Made by a program: the position numbers and the translations under genes. From NCBI GenBank assembly GCA_035265935.1, contig DATFOC010000076.1, positions 4,084 through 68,083 of the forward strand: 64,000 nucleotides of DNA, in the 5' to 3' direction. The notes under the pieces are model-generated. The model saw nothing but the letters and a program-made list of their open reading frames with translations, was not told the origin of the DNA and did not search any database. Every line of letters starts with the position of its first letter. Position 1 is the first letter of the stretch. Of the stretch, positions 63,499 to 64,000 are shown piece after piece. The DNA comes from Gaiellaceae bacterium (GTDB lineage: Bacteria; Actinomycetota; Thermoleophilia; Gaiellales; Gaiellaceae).

Positions 63499-63572
63499 CG
63501 GGGTGTGGCGCAGCCTGGTAGCGCGCTCCGTTCGGGTCGGAGAGGTCCCCAGTTCAAATCTGGGCACCCCGA
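63499..63572 (+). tRNA. tRNA-Pro (anticodon CGG)
   Basis: Hand-folded cloverleaf: acceptor CGGGGTG/CACCCCG; D arm GCGC-AGCCTGGTA-GCGC; anticodon arm CTCCG-TTCGGGT-CGGAG; T arm CCCAG-TTCAAAT-CTGGG; discriminator A. No encoded CCA. Confidence 0.93.
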
Positions 63573-63585
63573 TTAGATTCCTCGT

Positions 63586-64000
63586 ATGGCTCGGCGCGAC
63601 GACATCCTGAACTTCGCGCGCGAGCTGCTCGACCTCGACAGCTTCCACGACTACGGCCCGATGGGCCTCCAGGTCGTCGGAGCCGACGAGGTGACGAAGA
63701 TCGCCGCGTCGGTCTCATCCTCCCTCGAGGCGTTTCAGCGCACGAAGGACTCAGGGGCTCAGATGCTCCTTGTCCACCACGGCCAGTACTGGGAGAACGA
63801 GCCGCGGATCGTCGACCTCGCGATGAAGCGGCGCCTCCAGACCCTCTTCGACGGGGATATCACGCTCGCCGCCTACCACCTGGCGCTCGACGCGCACCCG
63901 GAGATCGGGAACAACATCATCGTTGCGCAGGAACTGGGGATCTCGGAGCCGGAGCGGTTCCTTGAATGGGGCTTCGGCGGTGCCCTTCGCGAGGCCACCT
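63586..64000 (+). CDS. Nif3-like dinuclear metal centre protein (N-terminal part; runs off the right edge)
   Basis: Own translation: MARRDDILNFARELLDLDSFHDYGPMGLQVVG...MLLVHHGQYW...LAAYHLALDAHPEIGNN, a YbgI/Nif3 signature. Confidence 0.85.
   Translation, partial: MARRDDILNFARELLDLDSFHDYGPMGLQVVGADEVTKIAASVSSSLEAFQRTKDSGAQMLLVHHGQYWENEPRIVDLAMKRRLQTLFDGDITLAAYHLALDAHPEIGNNIIVAQELGISEPERFLEWGFGGALREAT

Noticed and set aside
1-64000. Search for CRISPR arrays, transposases, integrases, prophage or known defence-system genes
   Set aside because: No repeat-spacer arrays were seen, and no ORF has recognisable transposase, integrase, Cas, restriction or toxin-antitoxin signatures.

Overview
This is a very GC-rich, actinobacterial-type chromosomal window, densely packed with about 85 housekeeping and accessory-metabolism CDS and one tRNA-Pro(CGG). 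I saw no transposase, integrase, phage gene, CRISPR array or recognisable defence system. Many neighbouring genes share 1-, 4- or 8-nt stop/start overlaps, which suggests long operons. Recognisable blocks are: rplM; guaB3-guaA; pyrF/hup/pyrE; rph-mgtC-rdgB; murI; a tyrosine/homogentisate catabolic run (hppD, hmgA, FAH) interleaved with unexpected genes; an ECF41-type sigma factor with an epimerase; xseAB; adenosine deaminase; and a PD40/lysyl-oxidase-like fusion. The most unusual signal is non-coding. Four intergenic spacers (8586-8754, 10741-10902, 60670-60835, 61671-61833) are each almost entirely taken up by one long imperfect hairpin of 162-169 nt. The arm sequences are unrelated between copies. 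Three copies share a 29-bp apex dyad, CGCG-N2-C-RTATC-N5-GATAY-G-N2-CGCG. Nearly all wobble positions are G:T on the + strand. I cannot assign these elements to any RNA or repeat family I know. All folds and translations were done by hand and need computational confirmation.
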